Below are positions 1 through 15,000 of a stretch of DNA of 64,000 nt, piece by piece (the stretch's first letter is position 1; each line of letters begins with the position of its first letter). Below the pieces are notes generated by a model, which had not been told where the DNA came from, did no database searches, and was given only the letters and a program-made list of their open reading frames with translations. The translations under genes and the position numbers were made by a program. The stretch comes from Azolla caroliniana. Its lineage: Eukaryota; Plantae; Polypodiophyta. The DNA lies in NCBI GenBank assembly GCA_043228905.1, contig JBHGNT010000047.1:1-64000 (forward strand). Reading direction: 5' to 3'.

Positions 1-3000
1 ATTTTTGTGTTCAAACATGCGAATCGAAGCTAACAACGCTAGCTATGATATGGAATTAAAAAATCAAGATTTTGACACTCGGGTCGAGAGACATGGCGAA
101 ATTACCAAATTTGAGTAGTGAGTTGAGATGAGCCCTTGAGTAAATGAAAATGTTCATACCTGGCTCGTGTAATATCGGATTTTTGTGTTCAAACATGCGA
201 ATCGAAGCTAACAACGCTAGCTATGATATGGACTTAAAAAATCAAGATTTTGAAACTCTGGTCGAGAGACATGACGAAATTAGCAAATTTGAGGAGTTAG
301 TTGAGAAGAGCCCTTGAGTAAATGAAAATGTTCATACGTGGCTCGTGTGATATCGGATTTTTGTGTTCAAACATGCGACTAGAAGCTAACAATGCTAGCT
401 ATGATATGGACTTAAAAAATCAAGATTTTGAAACTCTGGTCGAGAGACATGACGAAATAACCAAATTTGAGGAGTGAGTTGAGAAGAGCCCTTGAGTAAA
501 TGAAAATGTTCATACCTGGCTCGTGTAATATAGGATTTTTGTGTTCAAACATGCCAAACGAAGCTAACAACGCTAGCTATGATATGGAATTAAAAAATCA
601 AGATTTTGAAACTCGGGTCGAGAGACATGACGAAATTAGCAAATTTGAGGAGTGAGTTGAGAAGAGCCCTTGAGTAAATGAAAATGTTCATACCTGGCTC
701 GTGTCATCTCGGATTTTTGTGTTCAAACATGCGACTAGAAGCTAACAATGCTAGCTATGATATGGAATTAAAAAATCAAGATTTTGAAACTCAAGTCGAG
801 AGACATGACGAAATTAGCAAACATGAGGAGGAAGTTGAGAGAAGCCCTTGAGTAAATTAAAATGTTCATACCTGGCTCGTGTGATATCGGATTTTTGTGT
901 TCAAACATGCGAATCGAAGCTAACAACGCTAGCTATGATCTGGAATTAAAAAATCAAGATTTTGACACTCGGGTCGAGAGACATGACGAAATTACCAAAT
1001 TTGAGTAGTGAGTTGAGATGAGCCCTTGAGTAAATGAAAATGTTCATACCTGGCTCGTGTAATATCGGATTTTTGTGTTCAAACATGCGAATCGAAGCTA
1101 ACAACGCTAGCTATGATATGGACTTAAAAAATCAAGATTTTGAAACTCTGGTCGAGAGACATGACGAAATTAGCAAATTTGAGGAGTTAGTTGAGAAGAG
1201 CCCTTGAGTAAATGAAAATGTTCATACGTGGCTCGTGTGATATCGGATTTTTGTGTTCAAACATGCGACTAGAAGCTAACAATGCTAGCTATGATATGGA
1301 ATTAAAAAATCAAGATTTTGAAACTCAAGTCGAGAGACATGACGAAATTAGCAAACATAAGGAGGGAGTTGAGAGGAGCCCTTGAGTAAATTAAAATGTT
1401 CATACCTGGCTCGTGTGATATCGGATTTTTGTGTTCAAACATGCGAATCGAAGCTAACAACGCTATCTATGATATGGAATTAAAAAATCAAGATTGTGAA
1501 ACTCAGGTCGAGAGACATGACGAAATTACCAAATTTGAGGAGTGAGTTGAGATGAGCCCTTGAGTAAATTAAAATGTTCATACCTGGCTCGTGTGATATC
1601 GGCTTTTTGTGTTCAAACATGCCAATCGAAGCTAACAACGCTAGCAATGATATGGAATTAAAAAATCAAGATTTTGAAACTCAGGTCGAGAGACGTGATG
1701 AAATTACCAAAGTTGAGAAGTGAGTTGGGAAGAGCCCTTGAGTAAATGAAAATGTTCATACCTGGCTCCTGTGATATTGGATTTTTGTGTTCAATCATGC
1801 GAATCGAAGCTAACAACGCTAGCTATGATATGGAATGAAAAAATCAAGATTTTGAAACTCAGGTCGAGAGACAGGACGAAATTTCCAAATTTGAGGAGTG
1901 AGTTGAGAGAAGCCCTTGAGTAAATTAAAATGTTCATACCTGGCTCGTGTAATATCGGATTTTTGTGTTCAAACGTGCGAATCGAAGCTAACAACACTAG
2001 CTCTGATATGGAATTAAAAAATCAAGATTTTGAAACTCTGGTCGAGAGACATGACGAAACTAGCAAATTTGAGGAGTGAGTTGAGAAGAGCCCTTGAGTA
2101 AATGAAAATGTTCATACCTGGCTCGTGTAATATCGGATTTTTTGTTCAAACATGCGAATCGAAGCTAACAACGCTAGCTATGATATGGAATTAAAAAATC
2201 AAGATTTTGAAACACAGGTCGAGAGACATGACGAAATTAGCAAACATGAGGAGGGAGTTGAGAGGAGCCCTTGAGTAAATTAAAATTTTCATACCTGGCT
2301 CGTGTGATATCCGATTTTTGTGTTCAAACATGCGAATCGAAGCCAACAACGCTAGCTATGATATGGACTTAATAAATCAAGATTTTGAAACTCTAGTCGA
2401 GAGACATGACGAAATTACAGAATTTGAGTAGTGAGTTGAGATGAGCCCTTGAGTAAATGAAAATGTTCATACCTGGATGGTGTCATATCGGATTTTTGTG
2501 TTCAAACATGCGAATCGAAGCTAACAACGCTAGCTATGCTATGGAATTAAGAAATCAAGATTTTGAAACTCTGGTCGAGAGACATGACGAAATTAGCAAA
2601 TTTGAGGAGTTAGTTGAGAAGAGCCCTTGAGTAAATTAAAATGTTCATACCTGGCTCGTGTAATATAGGATTTTTGTGTTCAAACATGCCAATCGAAGCT
2701 AACAACGCTAGCTCTGATATGGAATTAAAAAATCAAGATTTTGAAACTCAGGTCGAGAGACATGACGAAATTACCAAATTTGAGGAGTGAGTTGAGAAGA
2801 GCCCTTGAGTAAATGAAAATGTTCATACCTGGCTCGTGTAATATCGGATTTTTGTGTTCAAACATGCCAAACGAAGCTAACAATGCTAGCTATGATATGG
2901 AATTAAAAAATCAAGATTTTGAAACTCGGGTCGAGAGACATGACGAAATTACCAAATTTGAGGAGTGAGTTGAGAAGAGCCCTTGAGTAAAGGAAAATGT

Positions 3001-6000
3001 TCATACCTGGCTCGTGTCATCTCGGATTTTTGTGTTCAAACATGCGACTAGAAGCTAACAATGCTAGCTATGATATGGAATTAAAAAATCAAGATTTTGA
3101 AACTCAAGTCGAGAGACATGACGAAATTAGCAAACATGAGGAGGGAGTTGAGAGAAGCCCTTGAGTAAATTAAAATGTTCATACCTGGCTCGTGTGATAT
3201 CGGATTTTTGTGTTCAAACATGCGAATCAAAGCTAACAACGCTAGCTATGATATGGACTTAAAAAATCAAGATTTTGAAACTCTGGTCGAGAGACATGAC
3301 GAAATTAGCAAATTTGAGGAGTTAGTTGAGAAGAGCCCTTGAGTAAATGAAAATGTTCATACCTGGCTCGTGTGATATCGGATTTTTGTGTTCAAACATG
3401 CGACTAGAAGCTAACAATGCTAGCTATGATATGGAATTAAAAAATCAAGATTTTGAAACTCAAGTCGAGAGACATGACGAAATTAGCAAACATGAGGAGG
3501 GAGTTGAGAGGAGCCCTTGAGTAAATTAAAATGTTCATACCTGGCTCGTGTGATATCGGATTTTTGTGTTCAAACATGCGAATCGAAGCTAACAACGCTA
3601 TCTATGATATGGAATTAAAAAATCAAGATTGTGAAACTCAGGTCGAGAGACGTGACGAAATTACCAAATTTGAGGAGTGAGTTGTGAAGAGCCCTTGAGT
3701 AAATGAAAATGTTCATACCTGGCTCGTGTGATATCGGATGTTTGTGTTCAAACATGCGTATCGAAGCTAACAACACTAGCTATGATATGGAATTAAAAAA
3801 TCAAGATTTTGAAACTCAGGTCGAGAGACATGACGAAATTACCAAATTTGAGGAGGGAGTTGAGGGGAGCCCTTGAGTAAATGAAAATGTTCATACCTGG
3901 CTCGTGTAATATAGGATTTTTGTGTTCAAACATGCCAATCGAAGCTAACAACGCTAGCTCTGATATGGACTTAAAAAATCAAGATTTTGAAACTCGGGTC
4001 GAGAGACATGACGAAATTACCAAATTTGAGGAGTGAGTTGAGAAGAGCCCTTGAGTAAATGGAAATGTTCATACCTGGCTCGTGTAATATCGGATTTTTG
4101 TGTTCAACCATGCGAATCGAAGCTAACAACGCTAGCTATGATATGGAATTCAAAAATCAAGATTTTGAAGCACAGGTCGAGAGACATGACGAAATTAGCA
4201 AACATGAGGAGGGAGTTGAGAGGAGCCCTTGAGTAAATTAAAATGTTCATACCTGGCTCGTGTGATATCGGATTTTTGTGTTCAAACATGCGAATCAAAG
4301 CTAACAACGCTAGCTATGATATGGAATTAAAAAATCAAGATTTTGAAACTCGGGTCGAGAGACATGACGAAATTACCAAATTTGAGAAGTGAGTTGAGAA
4401 GAGCCCTTGAGTAAATGAAAATGTTCATACCTGGCTCGTGTAATATCGGATTTTTGTGTTCAAACATGCGAATCGAAGCTAACAACGCTAGCTATGATAT
4501 GGACTTAAAAAATCAAGATTTTGAAACTCTGGTCGAGAGACATGACGAAATTAGCAAATTTGAGGAGTGAGTTGAGAAGAGCCCTCGAGTAAATGAAAAT
4601 GTTCATACCTGGCTCGTGTGATATCGGATTTTTGTGTTCAAACATGCGAATCGAAGCTAACAACACTACCTATGATATGGAAATAAAAAATCAATATTTT
4701 AAACTCAGGTCGAGAGACATGACGAAATTACCAAATTTGAGGAGTGAGTTGAGAGAAGCCCTTGAGTAAATTAAAATGTTCATACCTGGCTCGTGTAATA
4801 TCGGATTTTTGTGTTCAAACATGCCAATCGAAGCTAACAACCCTAGCTATGATATGGAATTCAAAAATCAAGATTTTGAAACTCGGGTCGAGAGACATGA
4901 CGAAATTACCAGACATGACGAGGGAGTTGAGAGGAGCTCTTGAGTAAATTAAAATGTTCATACCTTGCTCGTGTCATATTGGAATTTTGTGTTCAAACAT
5001 GCGAATCGAAGCTAACAACGCTAGCTATGATATGGACATAATAAATCAAGATTTTGAAACTCTGGTCGAGAGAGATGACGAAATTAGCAAACATGAGCAG
5101 GGAGTTGACAGGAGCCCTTGAGTAAATTAAAATGTTCATACCTGGCTCGTGTAATATCGGATTTTTCTGTGTAAACATGCGAATCGAAGCTAACAACGCT
5201 AGCTATGATATGGAATTAAAAAATCAAGATTTTGAAACTCAGGTCGAGAGACATGACAAAATTACCAAATTTGAGGAGTGAGTTGAGAAGAGCCCTTGAC
5301 TAAATGAAAATGTTCATACCTGGCTCGTGTGATATCGGATTTTTGTGTTCAAACATGCGAATCGAAGCTAACAACGCTAGCTATGATATGGACTTAAAAA
5401 ATCAAGATTTTGAAACTCAGGTCGAGAGACATGACGAAATTACCAGACACGACGAGGGAGTTGAGAGGAGCTCTTGAGTAAATTAAAATGTTCATACCTT
5501 GCTCGTGTCATATTGGAATTTTGTGTTCAAACATGCGAATCGAAGCTAACAACGCTAGCTATGATATGGACATAATAAATCAAGATTTTGAAACTCTGGT
5601 CGAGAGAGATGACGAAATTAGCAAACATGAGCAGGGAGTTGACAGGAGCCCTTGAGTAAATGGAAATGTTCATACCTGGCTCGTGTAATATCGGATTTTT
5701 GTGTTCAACCATGCGAATCGAAGCTAACAACGCTAGCTATGATATGGAATTCAAAAATCAAGATTTTGAAACACAGGTCGAGAGACATGACGAAATTAGC
5801 AAACATGAGCAGGGAGTTGACAGGAGCCCTTGAGTAAATTAAAATGTTCATACCTGGCTCGTGTGATATCGGATTTTTGTGTTCAAACATGCGAATCAAA
5901 GTTAACAACGCTAGCTATGATATGGAATTAAAAAATCAAGATTTTGAAACTCGGGTCGAGAGACATGACGAAATAACCAAATTTGAGAAGTGAGTTGAGA

Positions 6001-9000
6001 AGAGCCCTTGAGTAAATGAAAATGTTCATACCTGGCTCGTGTAATATCGGATTTTTGTGTTCAAACATGCGAATCGAAGCTAACAATGCTAGCTATGATA
6101 TGGAATTAAAAAATCAAGATTTTGAAACTCTGGTCGAGAGACATGACGAAATTAGCAAATTTGAGGAGTGAGTTGAGAAGATCCCTTGAGTAAATGAAAA
6201 TGTTCATACCTGGCTCGTGTGATATCGGATTTTTGTCTTCAAACATGCGAATCGAAGCTAACAACACTAGCTCTGATATGGACTTAAAAAATCAAGATTT
6301 TGAAACTCTGGTCGAGAGACATGACGAAATTAGCAAATTTGAGGAGTGAGTTGAGAAGAGCCCTTGAGTAAATGGAAATGTTCATACCTGGCTCGTGTAA
6401 TATCGGATTTTTGTGTTCAACCATGCGAATCGAAGCTAACAACGCTAGCTATGATATGGAATTCAAAAATCAAGATTTTGAAGCACAGGTCGAGAGACAT
6501 GACGAAATTAGCAAACATGAGGAGGGAGTTGAGAGGAGCCCTTGAGTAAATTAAAATGTTCATACCTGGCTCGTGTGATATCGGATTTTTGTGTTCAAAC
6601 ATGCGAATCAAAGCTAACAACGCTAGCTATGATATGGAATTAAAAAATCAAGATTTTGAAACTCGGGTCGAGAGACATGACGAAATTACCAAATTTAAGA
6701 AGTGAGTTGAGATGAGCCCTTGAGTAAATGAAAATGTTCATACCTGGCTCGTGTAATATCGGATTTTTGTGTTCAAACATGCGAATCGAAGCTAACAACG
6801 CTAGCTATGATATGGACTTAAAAAATCAAGATTTTGAAACTCTGGTCGAGAGACATGACGAAATTAGCAAATTTGAGGAGTGAGTTGAGAAGAGCCCTCG
6901 AGTAAATGAAAATGTTCATACCTGGCTCGTGTGATATCGGATGTTTGTGTTCAAACATGCGAATCGAAGCTAACAACACTACCTATGATATGGAAATAAA
7001 AAATCAATATTTTAAACTCAGGTCGAGAGACATGACGAAATTACCAAATTTGAGGAGTGAGTTGAGAGAAGCCCTTGAGTAAATTAAAATGTTCATACCT
7101 GGCTCGTGTAAATTAAAATGTTCAAACATGCCAATCGAAGCTAACAACACTAGCTATGATATGGAACTTAAAAAGCAAGATTTTGAAACTCTTGTCGAGA
7201 GACATGACGAAATTACCAAATTTCAGGAGTGAGTTGAGAAGAGCTAGTAGGTAAATTAAAATGTTCATACCTGGCTCGTGTGATATCGGATTTTTCTGTG
7301 TAAACATGCGAATCGAAGCTAACAACGCTAGCTATGATATGGAATTAAAAAATCAAGATTTTGAAACTCAGGTCGAGAGACATGACAAAATTACCAAATT
7401 TGAGGAGTGAGTTGAGAAGAGCCCTTGAGTAAATGAAAATGTTCATACCTGGCTCGTGTGATATCGGATTTTTGTGTTCAAACATGCGAATCGAAGCTAA
7501 CAACGCTAGCTATGATATGGACTTAAAAAATCAAGATTTTGAAACTCAGGTCGAGAGACATGACGAAATTACCAGACATGACGAGGGAGTTGAGAGGAGC
7601 TCTTGAGTAAATTAAAATGTTCATACCTTGCTCGTGTCATATTGGAATTTTGTGTTCAAACATGCGAATCGAAGCTAACAACGCTAGCTATGATATGGAC
7701 ATAATAAATCAAGATTTTGAAACTCTGGTCGAGAGAGATGACGAAATTAGCAAACATGAGCAGGGAGTTGACAGGAGCCCTTGAGTAAATTAAAATGTTC
7801 ATACCTGGCTCGTGTGATATTGGATTTTTGTGTTCAAACATGCGAATCGAAGCTAACAACGCTAGCTATGATATGGAATTAAAAAATCAAGATTTTGAAA
7901 CTCAGGTCGAGAGACAGGACGAAATTACCAAATTTGAGGAGTGAGTTGAGAGAAGCCCTTGAGTAAATGAAAATGTTCGTACCTGGCTCGTGTCATATCG
8001 GATTTTTGTGTTCAACCATGCGAATCGAAGCTAACAACGCTAGCTATGATATGGAATTAAAAAATCAAGATTTTGAAACTCAAGTCGAGAGACATAACGA
8101 AATTAGCAAACATGAGGAGGGAGTTGAGAGGAGCCCTTGAGTAAATTAAAATGTTCATACCTGGCTCGTGTCATATCGGATTTTTGTGTTCAAACATGCG
8201 AATCGAAGCTAACAACGCTACCTATGATATGGAATTAAAAAATCAAGATTTTGAAACTCAGGTCGAGAGACAGGACAAATTACCAAATTTGAGGAGTGAA
8301 TTGAGAGAAGCCCTTGAGTAAATCAAAATATTCATACCTGGCTCGTGTAATATCGGATTTTTGTGTTCAATCATGCGAATCGAAGCTAACAACGGTAGCT
8401 ATGCTATGGAATTAAAAAATCAAGCTTTTGAAACTCTGGTCGAGAGACATGACGAAATTAGCAAATTTGAGGAGTGAGTTGAGAAGAGCTCTTGAGTAAA
8501 TGAAAATGTTCATACCTGGCTCGTGTGATATCGGATTTTTGTGTTCAAACATGCGAATCGAAGCTAACAACGCTAGCTATGCTATGGAATTAAAAAATCA
8601 AGCTTTTGAAACTCTGGTCGAGAGACATCACGAAATTAGCAAATTTGAGGAGTGAGTTGAGAAGAGCCCTTGAGTAAATGAAAATGTTCGTACCTGGCTC
8701 GTGTGATATCAGATTTTTGTGTTCAAACATGCGAATCGAAGCTAACAATGCTAGCTATGATATGGAAATAAAAAATCAATATTTTAAACTCAGGTCGAGA
8801 GACATGACGAAATTACCAAATTTGAGGAGTGAGTTGAGAGAAGCCCTTGAGTAAATTAAAATGTTCATACCTGGCTCGTGTAATATCGGATTTTTGTGTT
8901 CAAACATGCCAATCGAAGCTAACAACCCTAGCTATGATATGGAATTCAAAAATCAAGATTTTGAAACTCGGGTCGAGAGACATGACGAAATTACCAGACA

Positions 9001-12000
9001 TGACGAGGGAGTTGAGAGGAGCTCTTGAGTAAATTAAAATGTTCATACCTTGCTCGTGTCATATTGGAATTTTGTGTTCAAACATGCGAATCGAAGCTAA
9101 CAACGCTAGCTATGATATGGACATAATAAATCAAGATTTTGAAACTCTGGTCGAGAGAGATGACGAAATTAGCAAACATGAGCAGGGAGTTGACAGGAGC
9201 CCTTGAGTAAATTAAAATGTTCATACCTGGCTCGTGTAATATCGGATTTTTCTGTGTAAACATGCGAATCGAAGCTAACAACGCTAGCTATGATATGGAA
9301 TTAAAAAATCAAGATTTTGAAACTCAGGTCGAGAGACATGACAAAATTACCAAATTTGAGGAGTGAGTTGAGAAGAGCCCTTGACTAAATGAAAATGTTC
9401 ATACCTGGCTCGTGTGATATCGGATTTTTGTGTTCAAACATGCGAATCGAAGCTAACAACGCTAGCTATGATATGGACTTAAAAAATCAAGATTTTGAAA
9501 CTCAGGTCGAGAGACATGACGAAATTACCAGACACGACGAGGGAGTTGAGAGGAGCTCTTGAGTAAATTAAAATGTTCATACCTTGCTCGTGTCATATTG
9601 GAATTTTGTGTTCAAACATGCGAATCGAAGCTAACAACGCTAGCTATGATATGGACATAATAAATCAAGATTTTGAAACTCTGGTCGAGAGAGATGACGA
9701 AATTAGCAAACATGAGCAGGGAGTTGACAGGAGCCCTTGAGTAAATGGAAATGTTCATACCTGGCTCGTGTAATATCGGATTTTTGTGTTCAACCATGCG
9801 AATCGAAGCTAACAACGCTAGCTATGATATGGAATTCAAAAATCAAGATTTTGAAACACAGGTCGAGAGACATGACGAAATTAGCAAACATGAGCAGGGA
9901 GTTGACAGGAGCCCTTGAGTAAATTTAAATGTTCATACCTGGCTCGTGTGATATCGGATTTTTGTGTTCAAACATGCGAATCAAAGTTAACAACGCTAGC
10001 TATGATATGGAATTAAAAAATCAAGATTTTGAAACTCGGGTCGAGAGACATGACGAAATTACCAAATTTGAGAAGTGAGTTGAGAAGAGCCCTTGAGTAA
10101 ATGAAAATGTTCATACCTGGCTCGTGTAATATCGGATTTTTGTGTTCAAACATGCGAATCGAAGCTAACAATGCTAGCTATGATATGGAATTAAAAAATC
10201 AAGATTTTGAAACTCTGGTCGAGAGACATGACGAAATTAGCAAATTTGAGGAGTGAGTTGAGAAGATCCCTTGAGTAAATGAAAATGTTCATACCTGGCT
10301 CGTGTGATATCGGATTTTTGTCTTCAAACATGCGAATCGAAGCTAACAACGCTAGCTCTGATATGGACTTAAAAAATCAAGATTTTGAAACTCTGGTCGA
10401 GAGACATGACGAAATTAGCAAATTTGAGGAGTGAGTTGAGAAGAGCCCTTGAGTAAATGGAAATGTTCATACCTGGCTCGTGTAATATCGGATTTTTGTG
10501 TTCAACCATGCGAATCGAAGCTAACAACGCTAGCTATGATATGGAATTCAAAAATCAAGATTTTGAAGCACAGGTCGAGAGACATGACGAAATTAGCAAA
10601 CATGAGGAGGGAGTTGAGAGGAGCCCTTGAGTAAATTAAAATGTTCATACCTGGCTCGTGTAATATCGGATTTTTGTGTTCAAACATGCGAATCGAAGCT
10701 AACAACGCTAGCTATGATATGGACTTAAAAAATCAAGATTTTGAAACTCTGGTCGAGAGACATGACGAAATTAGCAAATTTGAGGAGTGAGTTGAGAAGA
10801 GCCCTCGAGTAAATGAAAATGTTCATACCTGGCTCGTGTGATATCGGATGTTTGTGTTCAAACATGCGAATCGAAGCTAACAACACTACCTATGATATGG
10901 AAATAAAAAATCAATATTTTAAACTCAGGTCGAGAGACATGACGAAATTACCAAATTTGAGGAGTGAGTTGAGAGAAGCCCTTGAGTAAATTAAAATGTT
11001 CATACCTGGCTCGTGTAAATTAAAATGTTCAAACATGCCAATCGAAGCTAACAACACTAGCTATGATATGGAACTTAAAAAGCAAGATTTTGAAACTCTT
11101 GTCGAGAGACATGACGAAATTACCAAATTTCAGGAGTGAGTTGAGAAGAGCTAGTAGGTAAATTAAAATGTTCATACCTGGCTCGTGTGATATCGGATTT
11201 TTCTGTGTAAACATGCGAATCGAAGCTAACAACGCTAGCTATGATATGGAATTAAAAAATCAAGATTTTGAAACTCAGGTCGAGAGACATGACAAAATTA
11301 CCAAATTTGAGGAGTGAGTTGAGAAGAGCCCTTGAGTAAATGAAAATGTTCATACCTGGCTCGTGTGATATCGGATTTTTGTGTTCAAACATGCGAATCG
11401 AAGCTAACAACGCTAGCTATGATATGGACTTAAAAAATCAAGATTTTGAAACTCAGGTCGAGAGACATGACGAAATTACCAGACATGACGAGGGAGTTGA
11501 GAGGAGCTCTTGAGTAAATTAAAATGTTCATACCTTGCTCGTGTCATATTGGAATTTTGTGTTCAAACATGCGAATCGAAGCTAACAACGCTAGCTATGA
11601 TATGGACATAATAAATCAAGATTTTGAAACTCTGGTCGAGAGAGATGACGAAATTAGCAAACATGAGCAGGGAGTTGACAGGAGCCCTTGAGTAAATTAA
11701 AATGTTCATACCTGGCTCGTGTGATATTGGATTTTTGTGTTCAAACATGCGAATCGAAGCTAACAACGCTAGCTATGATATGGAATTAAAAAATCAAGAT
11801 TTTGAAACTCAGGTCGAGAGACAGGACGAAATTACCAAATTTGAGGAGTGAGTTGAGAGAAGCCCTTGAGTAAATGAAAATGTTCGTACCTGGCTCGTGT
11901 CATATCGGATTTTTGTGTTCAACCATGCGAATCGAAGCTAACAACGCTAGCTATGATATGGAATTAAAAAATCAAGATTTTGAAACTCAAGTCGAGAGAC

Positions 12001-15000
12001 ATGACGAAATTAGCAAACATGAGGAGGGAGTTGAGAGGAGCCCTTGAGTAAATTAAAATGTTCATACCTGGCTCGTGTCATATCGGATTTTTGTGTTCAA
12101 ACATGCGAATCGAAGCTAACAACGCTACCTATGATATGGAATTAAAAAATCAAGATTTTGAAACTCAGGTCGAGAGACAGGACAAATTACCAAATTTGAG
12201 GAGTGAATTGAGAGAAGCCCTTGAGTAAATCAAAATATTCATACCTGGCTCGTGTAATATCGGATTTTTGTGTTCAATCATGCGAATCGAAGCTAACAAC
12301 GGTAGCTATGCTATGGAATTAAAAAATCAAGCTTTTGAAACTCTGGTCGAGAGACATGACGAAATTAGCAAATTTGAGGAGTGAGTTGAGAAGAGCTCTT
12401 GAGTAAATGAAAATGTTCATACCTGGCTCGTGTGATATCGGATTTTTGTGTTCAAACATGCGAATCGAAGCTAACAACGCTAGCTATGCTATGGAATTAA
12501 AAAATCAAGCTTTTGAAACTCTGGTCGAGAGACATCACGAAATTAGCAAATTTGAGGAGTGAGTTGAGAAGAGCCCTTGAGTAAATGAAAATGTTCGTAC
12601 CTGGCTCGTGTGATATCAGATTTTTGTGTTCAAACATGCGAATCGAAGCTAACAATGCTAGCTATGATATGGAAATAAAAAATCAACATTCTGAAATTCA
12701 GGTCGAGAGACATGACGAAATTAGCAAACATGAGGAGGGAGTTGAGAGGAGCCCTTGAGTAAATAAAAATGTTCATACCTGGCTCGTGTGATATCGGATT
12801 TTTGTGTTCAAACATGCGTATCGAAGCTAACAACACTAGCTATGATATGGAATTAAAAAATCAAGATTTTGAAACTCAGGTCGAGAGACATTACGAAATT
12901 ACCAAATTTGAGGAGGGAGTTGAGAGGAGCCCTTGAGTAAATGAAAATGTTCATACATGGCTCGTGTCATATTGGATTTTTGTGTTCAAACATGCAAATC
13001 GAAGCTAACAAAACTACCTATGATATGGAAATAAAAAATGAATATTTTGAAACTCTATCCGAGAGACATGACGAAATTACCAAATTTGAGGAGTGAGTTG
13101 AGAAGAGTCAGGAGGTAAATTAAAATGTTCATACCTGGCTCGTGTGATATCGGATTTTTGTGTTCAAACATGCGAATCGAAGCTAACAACGCTAGCTATG
13201 ATATGGAATTAAAAAATCAAGATTTTGAAACTCAGGTCGAGAGACATGACGAAATTACCAAATTTGAGGAGGGAGTTGAGGGGAGCCCTTGAGTAAATGA
13301 AAATGTTCATACCTGGCTCGTGTAATATAGGATTTTTGTGTTCAAACATGCCAATCGAAGCTAACAACGCTAGATCTGATATGCACTTAAAAAATCAAGA
13401 TTTTGAAACTCTGGTCGAGAGACATGACGAAATTAGCAAATTTTTGTGTGAGTTGAGAAGAGCCCTTGAGTAAATGAAAATGTTCATACCTGGCTCGTGT
13501 AATATCGGATTTTTGTGTTCAAACATGCGAATCGAAGCTAACAATGCTAGCTATGATATGGAATTAAAAAATCAAGATTTTGAAACTCTGGTCGAGAGAC
13601 ATGACGAAATTAGCAAATTTGAGGAGTGAGTTGAGAAGAGCCCTTGAGTAAATGAAAATGTTCATACCTGGCTCGTGTGATATCGGATTTTTGTCTTCAA
13701 ACATGCGAATCGAAGCTAACAACGCTAGCTATGATATGGACTTAAAAAATCAAGATTTTGAAACTCTGGTCGAGAGACATGACGAAATTAGCAAATTTGA
13801 GGAGTGAGTTGAGAAGAGCCCTTGAGTAAATGGAAATGTTCATACCTGGCTCGTGTAATATCGGATTTTTGTGTTCAACCATGCGAATCGAAGCTAACAA
13901 CGCTAGCTATGATATGGAATTCAAAAATCAAGATTTTGAAACACAGGTCGAGAGACATGACGAAATTAGCAAACATGAGGAGGGAGTTGAGAGGAGCCCT
14001 TGAGTAAATTAAAATGTTCATACCTGGCTCGTGTGATATCGGATTTTTGTGTTCAAACATGCGAATCAAAGCTAACAACGCTAGCTATGATATGGAATTA
14101 AAAAATCAAGATTTTGAAACTCGGGTCGAGAGACATGACGAAATTACCAAATTTGAGAAGTGAGTTGAGAAGAGCCCTTGAGTAAATGAAAATGTTCATA
14201 CCTGGCTCGTGTAATATCGGATTTTTGTGTTCAAACATGCGAATCGAAGCTAACAACGATAGCTATGATATGGAATTAAAAAATCAAGATTTTGAAACTC
14301 AGGTCGAGAGACATGACGAAATTAGCAAATTTGAGGAGTGACTTGAGAAGATCCCTTGAGTAAATGAAAATGTTCATACCTGGCTCGTGTGATATCGGAT
14401 TTTTGTCTTCAAACATGCGAATCGAAGCTAACAACGCTAGCTATGATATGGAATTAAAAAATCAAGATTTTGAAACTCAGGTCGAGAGACATGACGAAAT
14501 TACAAAATTTAAGGAGTGAGTTGAGAAGATCTAGGAGGTAAATTAAAATGTTCATACCTGGCTCGTGTGATATCGGATTTCTGTGTTCAAACATGCGTAT
14601 CGAAGCTAACAACACTAGCTATGATATGGAATTAAAAAATCAAGATTTCGAAACTCAGGTAGAGAGACATGACGAAATTACCAAATTTGAGGAGTCAGTT
14701 GAGAGGAGCCCTTGAGTAAATGAAATTGTTCATAACTAGCTCGTGTCATATCGGATTTTTGTGTTCAAACATGCGAATCGAAGCTAACAACGCTAGCTAT
14801 GATATGGAATTAAAAAATCCAGATTTTGAAACTCAGGTGGAGAGACATGACGAAATTACCAAATTTGAGTAGTGAGTTGAGAGGAGCGCTTGAGTAAATG
14901 AAAATGTTCATACCTGGCTCGTGTAATATCGGATTTTTGTATTCAAACATGCGAATCGAAGCTAACAACGCTAGCTATGATATGGAATTAAAAAATCAAG

